Positions 42,737 to 57,952 of a stretch of 64,000 bases of DNA are shown piece by piece. The notes beneath the pieces were generated by a model. The model searched no databases and was not told where the DNA came from. It saw nothing but the letters and a program-made list of their open reading frames with translations. Numbering within the stretch: the first letter of the stretch is position 1; each line of letters begins with the position of its first letter. Source of the stretch: Eledone cirrhosa (taxonomy: Eukaryota); contig OZ024749.1 of NCBI GenBank assembly GCA_964016885.1, positions 30,566,001-30,630,000 of the forward strand, given 5' to 3'. The position numbers and the translations under genes were made by a program.

Positions 42737-43855
42737 GTTTGAATTTCTTTTTATTTAAACAAAAGGGGCTCACGAAGGCTTATTTTTAATTAACGTAATT
42801 TGATTGGTTATAAATGAAATTATGGCTCTCATGTGAACAAGTTTTCATTAAATTTTCGCGCCCTTATTTGGAAATCTATTCTGTACCCTTTTTAGAGAAT
42901 TTTATGACAAGCAAAAGATAATGGTCAAGAGAAATGGGATGGGAGAATTGTTCTGGTTCAGTGAATATGGTTAGTTCGCTGGGGTGTCAGAATTCAGATT
43001 TTCTATTGAATAAAGAATGTAAAGATATGTATGTTTATTTGTGTGCTTGTGTGTGTGTGCGTGCGTGTGTGTGCGTGTGTGTGCGTGTTTGTGTGTTGTG
43101 TGTGTTTGAATTTCTTTTTACTTGAAAAAAGGGGCTCACGAAGGCTTTTTTTAAATAAACGTAATTTGATTGGTTATAAATGAAATTATGGCTGTCACGT
43201 GAACAAGTTTTCATTAAATTTTCGCGCCCTTATTTGGAAATCTATTCTGTACCCTTTTTAGAGAATTTTATGACAAGCAAAAGATAATGGTCAAGAGAAA
43301 TGGGATGGGAGAATTGTTCTGGTTCAGTGAATATGGTTAGTTCGCTGGGGTGTCAGAATTCAGATTTTCTATTGAATAAAGAATGTAAAGATATGTATGT
43401 TTATTTGTGTGCTTGTGTGTGTGTGCGTGCGCGTGTGTGTGTGCGTGTGTGTGCGTGTTTGTGTGTTGTGTGTGTTTGAATTTCTTTTTACTTGAAAAAA
43501 GGGGCTCACGAAGGCTTTTTTTAAATAAACGTAATTTGATTGGTTATAAATGAAATTATGGCTGTCACGTGAACAAGTTTTCATTAAATTTTCGCGCCCT
43601 TATTTGGAAATCTATTCTGTACCCTTTTTAGAGAATTTTATGACAAGCAAAAGATAATGGTCAAGAGAAATGGGATGGGAGAATTGTTCTGGTTCAGTGA
43701 ATATGGTTAGTTCGCTGGGGTGTCAGAATTCAGATTTTCTATTGAATAAAGAAAGTAAAGATATGTATATTTATTTGTGTGTGTGTGTGTGTGTTTGAAT
43801 TTCTTTTTACTTAAAAAAAGGGGCTCACAAAGGCTTTTTTATAATAAACGTAATT

Positions 43856-43858
<3 letters not shown>
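42737..43858. repeat. ~370-bp tandem repeat, ~3.2 copies
   Basis: Unit starts GTTTGAATTTCTTTTTA at 42737, 43104, 43474 and 43793; near-identical apart from an internal (GT)n. Confidence 0.9.
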
Positions 43859-43894
<36 letters not shown>

Positions 43895-43909
43895 TGTATA
43901 TATATATAT

Positions 43910-43953
<44 letters not shown>

Positions 43954-44108
43954 TTATATATATATATGTATATATTTATATATATATATGTATATATGTA
44001 TATATGTATATATGTACATATGTATATATGTATATATATAATATATGTACATATATTATATATATAATATATGTATATATGTATATATATAATATATGTA
44101 CATATGTA

Positions 44109-44169
<61 letters not shown>

Positions 44170-44263
44170 TATATATATATGTGTGTGTGTGTAGATATAT
44201 CGATTTATTTAAATATATACATAAATACCTATATATATATATACACACATGCATACACACACA

Positions 44264-44311
<48 letters not shown>

Positions 44312-44651
44312 GGTTTGTTGGTTCACAACTGGACAGAACTGGTCATCCCGTATGGTCAACCTCGATGTAATATTATGGAGAGAACTCAACGTAATGCAAC
44401 TCACCAGTCTTCGTTTGTGTAGTTGGTGGTGCGAGTACGGAGTTAATTATTATAAAATAACAGGAGACAGGACTGGTGTAATTCCTTAAAATGTCTCTCT
44501 TTTTGCAGCCCCATGGATTTTGTCAATTATATACCTTTGTTATATTTCGAATACATGATGACGTCACCGGATTCATACTGAACCCAGTCATTGAAATGAT
44601 CATAGTATAATAAACCTTTTAAGGAATTAGACGACGGTTCCTGGCACTTTC

Positions 44652-44722
<71 letters not shown>

Positions 44723-45698
44723 TTATAAATAAAATGGCGAGCTGTGTGGTTGCATTTAAGTATAATGAAAAATAAAAGTTACGGGCGAAAGAGAGGAATA
44801 GCCAGCGTCAGTTGTCTGCTAGGAATCATAGGTATTTTTTTCGTGTTAGAGTCAAGATACCTCAGCCTAGGGCGAACAATAACTAAAATAAGTTATTGGG
44901 ATAAAACATGGGGGGGGGGGGGGGGGAGAAAAACATGTAAACAGTCACGAAGAGTAAAGCAACGTAAAGAGAGGAAAAATAGGAAAAATATTAAGTCAAC
45001 AACTCATTTCGAACGTAAGAACTGGCGTGTTTGACGAGAGAGAAAAAAGACACGTCGTTATGTAGCACTGTTATCGAGAGAAGAGACTGCGCACAGTGGC
45101 GGACGATGGAGGAAGTGAGCTAGCGGAGAGAGGGTGACTAGCAGAGACGGAGTGAGTGAAAGTAAGAGGAAGTGAGAAAGAGATAGTTATAGTGGCAAGG
45201 TGGCCGAGAGAAGGTGACTAGCAGATGGAGTGAGCGAAGGTAAGAGGGAGAAGGAGAGAGAAGGGGGAGAGAGAGAGGATAGCAACAAGAGAGGATACCG
45301 AAGAAGGAAGCTTATATGAATAAAATGGCGGGCTGTGTGGTTGCATCTACATATAATGAAAAATAAAAGCTACGGGCGAAAGAGAGGAATATCCATCGTC
45401 AGTTGTCTGATGTCTCCTCCGCCCCTTTTCATCCCAATATCTTATTTTAGTTATTGTTCGCCCTAGGCTCAGGTATCTTGTCTCCAACGCGAAGAAATAC
45501 CTATGATTCCTAGCAGACAACTGACGATGGATTCCTCTCTTTCGCCCGTAACTTTTATTTTTCATTATAAATATATATATATATGAAAGAGAAGGGAGTC
45601 AGGAGCCATAGTCTACTACCCCAAGTCTCGAGTACTCTGTTGAGTAATGCTGTAACCAGTTTCAAACTGCTTCTGCCCTGATACACACACACACACAC

Positions 45699-45741
<43 letters not shown>

Positions 45742-45984
45742 TGTGTATGTGTGTGTGTGCGCGCGTATGTCGTGTGTGTTATGTGCGTGGCTGTGTATGT
45801 GTGTGTTTGTATACATATATACAATCTCAAAGAAATATATTCTTATACAATTATTTTATTGTACTATTATATGTTCAATCCGAGGGACTGAGGCCATGCT
45901 GTATCATCGACTCTTTTTCATTTCTATTTCTGAGGCCATTGTAAGGCGTAGATCCTTTTTAATTCCTTATTCTTTTCATTTTAG

Positions 45985-46111
45985 GGTGTGAAGATGGCGT
46001 TGCCCACAACACTACTTATTACCGTGATGGATGCATAAGCTGTACATGCTATAAAGGGTTAATGAATCCCGAGACTGGAGAGAAATCCCAAGATATGGAG
46101 CATTGCGTATC
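45985..46111 (+). CDS. Exon 2 of SVWC-like gene A
   Basis: Acceptor ttcttttcattttag and donor GTAAGT; phase 1 to 2; (G)CEDGVAHNTTYYRDGCISCTCYKGLMNPETGEKSQDMEHCV(S) with the vWC CxxCxC motif. Confidence 0.88.
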
Positions 46112-46334
46112 GTAAGTAATACACAGTTTATCACACATACTCGCACTTACTCGCGTGTACCAACCCCTGTGTACACACATACAAAAACAGAGGTATTCGT
46201 GCTCATAAACACCCACACATATAAATACACATACCCACAAATACGCGCCCAAACATACACACACACAAACACTACACACACACACAGACACACATAAGCA
46301 CATACACGCATACACACACACACACACGCACACA

Positions 46335-46387
<53 letters not shown>

Positions 46388-46688
46388 TTTTAAGTGTGTT
46401 GGTTGTTTACCGATACTTCAGTATGCAGGATAGAGCACTCAACGTTGTGCACAGGTGTTTACTCTGGAGTAATGCAAAAACAAGAAATGGAAGTCAGCAG
46501 GTTAAAATTAGCTTCTTTTATTCATATTAGCTTCTATATATATTTCAGTGATAGCCATTATTCAACATATATGCTTTCAGTTCCTTAGAGGACTAACACC
46601 ACACTCTGGATCTGAACATATCAATGAATTACAATGTAAAATCCATTACAACATTATGTTTTCCTGTCTTTTTCTGTTCAAGTTCTAA

Positions 46689-46745
46689 CTGCCTGATGAG
46701 GTCATAGCTGTTGAATAATGGCTATCACTGAAATATATATAGCAG
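46689..46745 (+). ncRNA. Type I minimal hammerhead in intron 2 of gene A
   Basis: CTGC-CTGATGA-GGT..ATAGC/GCTAT..ACT-GAAA-TATATA-TA-GCAG; partial inverted copy at ~46510-46567. Confidence 0.75.
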
Positions 46746-46858
46746 CAAATAGGAATAAACGAAGCTAGATATGTTCAATCCTGATTCTGGAATCGAAACC
46801 TCCTCAGATATGTGTTTTCACATGTAGACTCACCACCACATGTTGCTGAATTGCACCT

Positions 46859-46921
<63 letters not shown>

Positions 46922-46980
46922 ATACTACTATATATATATATATATTTATATTAGAATTGGTGCTCTGAAATAGCGATATA

Positions 46981-47829
<849 letters not shown>

Positions 47830-48177
47830 TGAATGTATATATTGTGTATTTTGCAATACACTGTATGCTTAATTGAAAGCATGTTGAAGACCATACGCTA
47901 TTGCTTTAAAGTAGCGACAATGTCGCTTACTTAAATTTTCAGCAAACAAGGGGCGATAAGCTGACAGAACTCTGTTTCGTATTTCTGGGTACTTATCAAA
48001 GCTCACTACTCTCCCTGTTTGCTCAAAATTATGTGTGTTGGATTCTTATAGAATTCCAGTAATAATCAGGAACTGATTATACAGAGCAGTCGTCGGTCCA
48101 GCAGAAATTGAAAATTAGAATTGGTGCTCTGAAATAGTGATATATATATGAATGTATATATAGTGTACTTTGCAATA

Positions 48178-48212
<35 letters not shown>

Positions 48213-48506
48213 GTAAATCAACATCAAGCATCAGCCAATATCAGTGCATCGAGAAAAGAGTCATTTTTATTTTTTCTTGTATTTTCTGGGTTTTTTTCTG
48301 CTCAACTACTAGCTCTCGGGTGAGATCTTAACTTTTGCATAAAAGTTACCATCGAAATATATATCACTGAGATATCAATAATAAATGAAGTAAATTCTAA
48401 CCTGCTGGCTTGTACTTTATGATTACACCACCCCACACACATATATATGTACATATACATATATTTACATACTTTTGGATTTCAGTCTTCACATTTATTA
48501 TTATTA

Positions 48507-48564
<58 letters not shown>

Positions 48565-49549
48565 GAAAAAATGGGGAGAAGAATACTGCTGGTTGCACAT
48601 GGATAACATGTAATAAAATAAGTCCCTCATCAGTGATTTTCCGACGATCATAGATATTTCATTGCATTAAAAATCATATACCTCACGTCGGTGCAATAAT
48701 AACTAAATTAAGTTATTAGGACAATTAAAACGCGTAAAGCGAATGAAACAAGATAACAACAAAGAGGATAGCTAACCGTAGAAGGAAGGGAACAAGCTTC
48801 ATAGTTATTCTGTTAGCATAAGCTAGGTGAATATATGAGCGCTTAGAAAAAAGACCTTTCAGGAGCGAATTCAAATGTGAGAAAGAGAGAAAATGATTTC
48901 GTCGCGAACGGGGTGAAGTGAGACGAGGAGAAACAGTGAGTGAGTGAGTGGAAGTGTGAGGAAGAGTTAACTGACATGACAGAGGGGGCGAAAGAAAGTA
49001 GGAGAAACAGAGAGAGCGAGGGAGCAGTAAGAGAGAGAGAGAGATAGAGAAAAAAACAGAATCGCAGTAGGTAAATATATGTGAAAAAATGGGGAGAAGA
49101 ATACTGCTGGTTGCACATGGATAACATGTAATAAAATAAGTCCCTCATCAGTGATTTGCCGACGATCATAGATATTTCATTGCATTAAAAATCATATACC
49201 TCACGTCGGTGCAATAATAACTAAATTAAGTTATTAGGACAATTAAAACGCGTAAAGCGAGTGAAACAAGATAACAACAAAGAGGATAGCTAACCGTAGA
49301 AGGAAGGGAACAAGCTTCATAGTTATTCTGTTAGCATATATATATATATATATATTCAAAAGCACTTACGAGTATTTAGATCCCTGGCATCACTGTTTGT
49401 TCCACTCATGTCTGGGACACAGTATCATATCCACAAGTCTGGGAACTTACTGGTTTCTCCTATCTGTTGCAGTAACTACTAGTGCAACAGTTCGATAGTT
49501 CGATAGAAATTTCAGTCACTATATTCACCCTCATTCTTTAACGAAGATA

Positions 49550-50340
49550 TCAAAACGAGCGGATTAACGAGCTCCACCAAATTTCGCTTGGGTATTCGTC
49601 AGGTTCGAGCCTCCAAAGATAAAATATTCGACTTGAGAATGATTCTGAAACACCACTGGACCTATCAGTAACAAACTGTTATCTGGTTTGTTAACTGGTA
49701 GCAGTTGTTGATCCTTTCGAGGACTGCACACTCTAACACATCACGGCCACACATAGGTTTTTACAAAGTTTCCGTCTTTTAAATATCACTTAGAAGACGG
49801 CGTTCGTCTAGCCTAGGCTATAGGTTTCTTCTTGGCCAAACCGAGGCAATAGACTTTTTCATGCTGTATGACATACGTTATGGTTAGAGAGACAGATCGA
49901 GATTGTTGAGCCAGACTAAGGTCTCAATTTCAGTAATATGGATTGCCTCCAGGCTGCCGAGAAGACGTTTGACCGTGCCATACAGAACAACATACAACGC
50001 TGTCTGGTCAGGATCTCCTGTGGCATGTCATATGAACAATGGTTAGAGAGACCGAACGAGGTTGGTGAGCCAGATTAAGGTCTCAATTTCAGTAATATGG
50101 ATTGCCTCCAGGCTGCCGAGAAGACGTTTGACCGTGCCATACAGAACAACATACAACGCTGTCTGGTCAGGATCTCCTGTGGCATGTCATATGAACAATG
50201 GTTAGAGAGACCGAACGAGGTTGGTGAGCCAGATTAAGGTGTCAATTGTAGTATTATGTTGCTTTCAGGTCGCTGGGAAAACGTCTGACCGAGGCAATCC
50301 CGAACATGTAGAACTGTCCCACAATCAACTACTGGTCTGT
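49550..50340 (+). pseudogene. RTE-like LINE remnants including a 159-bp tandem triplication
   Basis: DKIFDLRMILK..W RT-like segment; units start at ~49880, 50039 and 50198. Confidence 0.55.
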
Positions 50341-50562
50341 CTTCCATTTTCCATTGATGAAAGGTTATCCTAACAGGTATTGTGTGACACATTGCTTTCG
50401 GAGAAGGTCAAATCCTTAGTTAAACGTACTTGCCTAAACTTCTACAAAGTGGATTGGAATCCGAAACGAAATGGATGAGAAGGGAATCCCATAAGGAGAC
50501 TGATAGTGCAGTTTCGTATTCTGTACATATTTCTGTATTAATCTTATTTATATTTTTCGCAG

Positions 50563-50656
50563 GTGCGGCAGTGCTTCACTCGACTGTGAAAATATTGTAC
50601 TGGCTCATCCGGACGCTCACTATCCAGCTTGCTGTGAACTAAAATGCCTAGATTAA
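50563..50656 (+). CDS. Exon 3 (last coding exon) of SVWC-like gene A
   Basis: Acceptor tatttttcgcag; phase 2; CGSASLDCENIVLAHPDAHYPACCELKCLD*; YPxCC motif typical of SVWC; AATAAA at 50736-50741. Confidence 0.88.
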
Positions 50657-51189
50657 AATCTGGACTGATACATCATTCATCCGTTGTGGGTAGATAAGAC
50701 ATTGTGGATAACACAAGATATATAGATTAAAGTTGAATAAACGCAAGTTCCAATTATGAAATTTAATTTAAAGATATAAAAGAAAATAGATTTGAGTAAA
50801 TTTGTAATGTTTTATTAATAAAGATAGGTAAGAAGTGACTTTTGCCACCCCCACTGTACTACATCGTAAATAAAAGTGGTTCTATTGAATTATACGGATG
50901 AATAAATGAAAGTATAAAACCATCTATTGTTTCCTTTTTTTTTGTTTCCACAGTATACGCTCTCTCTCTCCTATCTCTCTTACTCTTTCTCTCTGTCACT
51001 CTCTCTCTCTCTCTCTCTCTCACTGGGTAGGTAGTGACACACAGAATACGTTCCTCCGAGGGGTTTTGGAGTAACGTTACTCGATAAAGTGCGTAGCTCG
51101 GAGAAAAAAGTATTACTCAAGGTAGAGCTGCTACTTTTCTGAATTGAGAGAGCAAAGCTCCGATACTATGTGCATGTGGTTAGATTGTC

Positions 51190-54100
51190 TCAGAAAAAAT
51201 TACGTAGCAGAATAACAGGAGCTCCAACGTTTAGATACAACTCGTGAGGGGGAAGTCCTGAAGGATCCTGAGAGTTAAGAAATTCTGTTGGGAAGTTGGT
51301 CACTTGATCAAAGTCTGTAAAAGTGTCAACTGACTTGTAACAGCGTTGAATAGAGGGAAACTGACCAACTATTTCGTGATTGATCAGCTTAACAGCAGCA
51401 TTTGTGGGTGCAAGAATAGCCCTCTCACAAAGCCAATCAGGATTCATGAATTCAGTTGAAAGATTTGGATAAACTGAAGAACATAAGTCATCGGGCGTTG
51501 AAACTGAGCGGCCAATGGTAGAAGTGTCAATGTATCCATTGTCGTCGGACTCAAGTTGACCATCGCCGATTTGGAGGAGTTGAGTTGAAAATGGCGTAGA
51601 CGGACGAACAGTTTGTAATAGCGATCGCATATTAATTGTACCTCAACAAACTGCCAAAAAAAGGACTTTTTTAAGCAGGCGTCCACTTCATCAGCAGGTG
51701 ATTCATTTGGTACCACGAGAAGTGTCTGTCTGAAGTCACCTGCGAGAAGAAGATTGGCTCCTCCAAATATATTGTCATTAGATCTAAGATCTTTCATTGT
51801 GGCATCTAGTGCCTGAAGAGTGCCTTTATGGGATATGGTTGCCTCATCCCACACAATTAGTTTACAGCTTTTTAACAGAGCAGCTTCGTGAGAACTATGT
51901 GAGATATTGCAGATGGGATTCTCTTGATGGACGACGTTCAGTGGCAGCTTGAAGGTCAAGTGTGCTGTGCGCCCATCTTCTAAAAGAGTCGCAGCTATAC
52001 CGGAAGAGGCAACAGCAAGTGCACTGTCGCCATTCTGCCTTACCTTAGTAAGAATAAGATTAAGCAGAAATGTTTTACCGGTCCCTCCAGGTGCATCTAT
52101 GAAGATAATCCCGCCAGTATTGCTGTATACCTTGTTTAGAACGGATTTGTATGCAGATTTTTTATCTGGATTAAGGAGAGGCTCGTTGACAGCTACGTAT
52201 TGTCGAAGCTTTGTTTTATCGTATCTGGTTTCTCTAAGGAGGAATCGATTAAAAGTTTGCTCTTGGTTTCTATCCGGAGAAGGGAGGCAGTATGCCTCCA
52301 AACGTTGGCCTCCATTTGCCTCAACTAAATCCTCCAAGGTAATTAGACCAGCGTTATACATAGAGGGGGTAAAAGCAGTGGTGGAATTTTCGGTAGCTTG
52401 ACAGGTTTGAAGCCATATATCGTGGCACATGTGGTCCCTGTATTTATACCACAACAAAGTTAACAAAGTTGCAGAAAACCAGCAAAATGGCGAATAGATG
52501 CCAAGCTTTGACGGAGATCAACGGAGAGACGCTTCCTCAAGTGTACTCTCATAATGGTTGTCCGTATCGGTGAGTCCCCGTTGAAAGCAAGCGTCCTTGA
52601 ATGTCTTCATAATTGACCGTCCACTATGCGAAGAGCTGCAAAGGATGTTGGTCCACATAAAACTTGAAGCAGTAGTCGAAGATGAACAGTATAGACGCGT
52701 CCTATTGTGTCACATTCAAAAATGGCAGGATCTGAATCGATATGTCGGCCCTGTTTTCTTCTTTGCCATAAGCAAGTTGAGTGGTTCCCAGAATAATAAT
52801 GAAAGAACATCAACATACAGAAGAGATTTTGCGTAGGAGCCAAGCGTACAGAGTTCTAAAAAGTGTAGTCAAAGTTGTCCTACGTGGGGCAAGAACCTGA
52901 TGATGTAAGTTTCTTCAGTGAAGTAAAGTCTCTGCTTGTCCTCTAAGTGAACACTGAGATGTTGAACAGGGGGGAATTGCTCGTGTATAGGGAAACCTAA
53001 CGTTTCCCAAACGGCCTCATTAGTTGAGATATAACGCCCTATTTGAAGCAATTCTACCTCATCCGTTAGTGCAGTTGCTGTTCCTGTTTCTGCCACTTGA
53101 AAGACGGCTCTATCGGATCCCTTATTGACGTATTTGCAAAAGGAACGTCTAGATTTAACTGAGTTACAATATTCAACGTTAATATGCGCAATAAATGTCT
53201 TGCATAGCATCTTGTTATGTGGAACAACCCATTGATTGTCAATTGTAAATTCTCGGTTAGAACCATATTTGATTGTTGCTGTGAAACCGCCATGTCCAGG
53301 AGCTCTTCTGCCGTATAATGGGTAACCGTCGTTACCTGTGATCATCTCAGCCAAAAGCTTTCGTGGAAATTTATTAGTGCATTTTCCGTTTGCCATGCAT
53401 GAAGACGTAGAATTAAAGTGCCGACATGGCCCATGAACCATATTCTTTCGAATGATTTCGTACAACTGGGGGGTCTTCATTGGGATTAGAAATTCTGCAC
53501 TTATGACTGTGTCCACGTCAGAAGGTCGAAGTTTGCTTTGTAGCCAGAGTAAGATGTGGGCGTGAGGTAGACCACGTTTTTGCCATTCAACAGTATACAT
53601 AAAACATTTGATCGGCCCGAAAATTTCACCAAACTTTTACAAATCAATCATTTTACGAACTTTAACATGAAAAACGCGAGCAGTGATTTCATGGCGATCT
53701 GCTGGTCGTTGGCCCGGAAGTAAGCTCATTTGGATGTCCTCCCATTTGGGGTTGCATGTGAACGTTATGAAAAGGTCAGGGTGGTTGTAAAGACAAACGT
53801 ATATGAGAGCGTCCTGCATCTTTTCATGCATATACCTTGGGCCGCCTGTATATGACGATGGCAGGATGATTCGAAGACCAACCTCAGAAGCAGTTACATT
53901 GTCATTGCTATTAACCTCGTCTCGAACCTTGGCATATTCATCTGCATGGAGCTGCTTTAGATTATGGCAAATCCAAAGAAGTCATTCCGAGTCATTCTGC
54001 AAGGGTAAGGAATAGGATGGTTATGCAAAGATTTTAATAAAAAGTATAGGTACACATGACCCAAGGGGGAGTAAATCCTACCTTAGCATACATATCCACA

Positions 54101-56332
54101 CAATACTGATTCAGAAAAGCCCCTGCTCTGTGAAGACTGTTGAAGTTGTTCGTTCGAACCATCTGTAACTAGAAGTTCATCTGGGAAACCATTTTTGGAG
54201 GCTGTGCTGTTTGATGTGTTGTAGGTACAATGGTAGGCATATCAGGACTGTATCCATCCTCTCATAGGGAAGGAGTAAGGAGTATTAAAGGGCGTCATAG
54301 GCTCGATTTAATTCATTGATCCTCTTAAGACGGGAGTCCTGCCACTCTAGGAAGATATCTCTTTTGGAAAGTGTTGCATTGGGATTTCAAAGCAAAACAG
54401 CAACCTCCCTCATCGGGTCGGTTGTAACAGTGGTGATGTTCCCCAACAAGAGTCCTGTCACTTTTAATAACCTTAAAGTTGGCATTGTCTGCCCGGCGTC
54501 GTTGAGTAGCCGTTTTAAATTGGTTGATATACCGGTTGTGCTCATGAAGCATTTCCTGAAGAGGGCCATGAACAGCCGTGTATGTGCCTGGAGCAACAGC
54601 AGCCTTACCTGCAATTTGCTCTCTCTCTGGTCCCATGAAGTATATCTGAAGAAAATTATGATGAGAAGCATCTGTTGGTAGAAGAGAACCGATTAAATGG
54701 TTCGTCTGTCTCTGAATGGTAAAAGTGAGATTAAAGTTTCCATAAGATATGGGCTTATGACCAAAACTTGTCATTTGAAATGCAGAATTGTATGCCCGTA
54801 TTCGGTTCATGAAATCTTGAGATTATGGATGCTCACCAAGCAGAAGAGACTTTAAAGGCTGTGGAGTTTCAGGGTTGTTGGGCAGATAAACCTTTCCATT
54901 TGAGCAGCATAGACCAACAGGCTCTGCCGGCCAAGTTAGTACTTTACAGTGTAGACAGATTTTGGACATACGACCAATGGCAATATCTTTGTGGTCAGCA
55001 TAATTTTCAGAGGGTTCATAATGAAAGGCTTTAAAAACCCATCTATTCCTTGTAGGCTTTGATACGCCAAGCAGAACAGCTTTATGATGCGCAATTGTTT
55101 GTAGTCGACTAGTTCTTTCAACCAATGTTTCAGAAACTATCGCAGCAGTACGATAAGGACAATCGGAAGCCTGGAGACGTATGCGTTGTTCAGGTGTCTC
55201 CGCAGCTCTTGAGGCAGCAGTCGCGGCAGCATTGCGTTTTGTTCGAGTTGCACGCTGTTCAGATGTCTCTGCAGCTCTCGAGGCAGCAGTGGCGGCAGCA
55301 TTGCGTTTTGTTCGAGTTGCACGCTGTTCAGATGTCTCTGCAGCTCTCGAGGCAGCAGTCGCGTTCCTCTGTAGACTCATTTGATCGTGAAGCAGCAGTG
55401 GTTTGTGCATTTTTTGCAAGTTTTTCTACTGAGTATCGATGTGATGAATGCGAAGTATTGAGTCTTGCGTTGTAGGCAGCTAATGTGGATAATCTAGTTG
55501 TCCTCTGCGCCTCAGTTTCATTAGCACGACGCTGCTTTTCCTTAACCACACCGGTCGACAATCTGCTGAGGCAACTTCTTTATTTTCCACGAGGCATCAA
55601 AAGGAAATGTGTAAAGTAGACATGATATAACTCAATCGAATGTAAAAATAAAGATTAATTGTAAAATGTATTTGAAGTACATGTAGCGGTAGAACGTTCG
55701 AAATGTACAGGGTATGTAAGTTAATAACTAAATTATGTGTCAGAAACGTAGTCTAATCAATGCGAAAAAATTGAATAATTTTAAGTCTTTGATGTATAAA
55801 CCATCCTTTAGATAGATTTAAGCATAATATTGTAAACGTTATGACATTACATAATGTATGAACAGCAAGCTTGAAACGATAAATTATACAATGTCAAATC
55901 TATAACTTAACTTAGTAATCTGTTAGAAATTGCTGGTTGTGAAATATAGAAAATGATATTGTTAGTCTCAAGGAAGCGTACCTTTTGTTTCAAGTACAAA
56001 GATTAAAGTAAAATCCAAATCTGCCGAATAGTAATAATCAAAATTTTTGACAACATCAAAAATGAGTTCCTATTGTATTGACGAAATATAACTCTTATCT
56101 TACTTAATCACGAAAATTGACACAAATAACCGAAACTTTTTTAATGTCTCCAAAGGCCCCAATATCGATTTTTGAAAGCCTGTGTTGATCATGTACAGGT
56201 TCTGTGCACGGAGAAGCTCAGTAAAAAATTTCAAAGAAAACGCAAGAATGGTTTAGAATATATGAGCTCTCATTAAAAATTGTCCACACTCACACACACA
56301 CACACACAGAAAATTCAGCTTTATATTTATAC

Positions 56333-56335
<3 letters not shown>
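51190..56335 (-). mobile_element. Decayed autonomous Helitron (Rep/PIF1 helicase)
   Basis: N-terminal ETSEQR repeats, CCSNGKV zinc finger, YNSAFQMTSFG, HPDLFITFTCNPKW, VEWQKRGLPHAHIL (HUH Rep), DAPGGTGKTFL, IVWDE, GDFRQ, SGLPPHEL; many frameshifts; 5' end TCTGTATAAATATAAAGCTG at 56335; 3' end truncated. Confidence 0.93.
55180..55362 (-). repeat. 69-bp coding tandem repeat in the Helitron N-terminus
   Basis: RAAETSEQRATRTKRNAAATAAS repeated about 2.5 times (STPR-like ET.EQR). Confidence 0.8.
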
Positions 56336-56368
<33 letters not shown>

Positions 56369-56456
56369 TAAAATAACTACGGTTCTTATATATTTGATAT
56401 ATATATATTTTCCTTATCGAGCCCTCTTTGGATTTTAGTCTTCAATCTATTATTAT

Positions 56457-56525
<69 letters not shown>

Positions 56526-56639
56526 TATTCAGAGAGACATGTAGATAAATAGACAGACAGATAGACAGATAGATAAATAAATAGATAGATACAGGACGGC
56601 AGTTTTCTCTTTGTTGATGTTGCTGTTGTTGATATTTTT

Positions 56640-56960
56640 AACCGCCTCGCAGACGAGCGTAAAATAAACAAATACCGGGGTTTGTCCGCCCGCTTCCACT
56701 TCGCACCGGTCGCCGTTGAAACCCCAATCGTAAGTGGACCCCATACTGCCGAGCACCTCCACCAAGCTCGGGGCGTCGGCGAGCGGCCGTCTGAGGAGGG
56801 AGCCCCGCGAAATTGTGTTGCTGTTCCAGCGGGAATGCTTTTGCCGTTTTGTCATCGGGGCGCAGCACCTCAGCCCTCTTGCCTAGGCTCAAAGCCCAAA
56901 ATTCACCCTCCTCTCTCTTCTGCGACACTAGTGCTCTTGCTATCCCATTCTTTCCCGTCC
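56640..56960 (+). pseudogene. CRE-type (restriction-like endonuclease) non-LTR retrotransposon 3' fragment
   Basis: KY..LSARFHFAPVAVET..GP..VAV(Q)RGNAFAV across frameshifts; older copy at ~58880-59160(-). Confidence 0.6.
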
Positions 56961-57349
56961 TTTTTCTTCTTTCTCTCTCTCCTTTTTTTTCTCTCTCTAT
57001 TTCCCTATTCGATCCTTCCTTTTGTTTCCCATTTAATTGTGACATGACAAGAGTATTTCAAGCTCAATATGTTTCTTTGTAAGATCGTTTCTGAGTAGAG
57101 AACATCTGACAGACATTCCATAGAAAGAAATTGAAGTTGGATAATATAACCTAGATTTCACGGACACTGCCAGTTGTTTTCTTCATGGTTTAAATAGGAT
57201 TTCGTTTGATAATCCGTCAGTATAGACAATTGTTCCATTCACTCGATATTGAATAGTGAATTTTTTTTATTTCAATGGTTGTTATTTCCAAAATAGAACC
57301 GAAACTTTAAAGCGTATGGTCATGTGCACACACACACAAGGACACGCAC

Positions 57350-57476
<127 letters not shown>

Positions 57477-57944
57477 ATAGATAAATGGCTATATTAAATA
57501 TGTATACACTGCTATGTATTGAGTACCTTACTTTCTGTGGTTATCCCCGATTGAACCCGGGATAAACTTATATATACTGTATATATATATATATAATGAT
57601 TCAGGACCCCATCGGCTGAGCTCCGACCGTTTTCAGAGCTATATTTTGATGTAGCTGGCAAAACGGCCGTAGCTCAAACGTTGGGATCCTCTATCTTTTT
57701 ATATTACCCACTCTACTACCCTAAGTACCGGACTCTGGGTGGTTATCGTTCACGTGGTATTTTACATAAATTATATATATATATATATTATATATAGGAT
57801 ATATAGAGATATATATTGAAAGTGAGAGAAGGAGAGAGAATTAGAGGGAATGATAGCTGGATGGAGAGGGAGATATACCACACATCCTGCCAACACGCAT
57901 ACTCACATTCACACAGACAAACACACACAAAATACAATGCTCTC

Positions 57945-57952
57945 TATATAAA
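57945..57952 (+). promoter_or_regulatory. Putative TATA box of gene B
   Basis: CTATATAAAT ~101 nt upstream of the ATG, mirroring gene A. Confidence 0.55.

Noticed and set aside
50430-50642. 70-aa ORF overlapping exon 3 of gene A
   Set aside because: Wrong frame; the Cys-rich frame matching gene B starts at the acceptor at 50563
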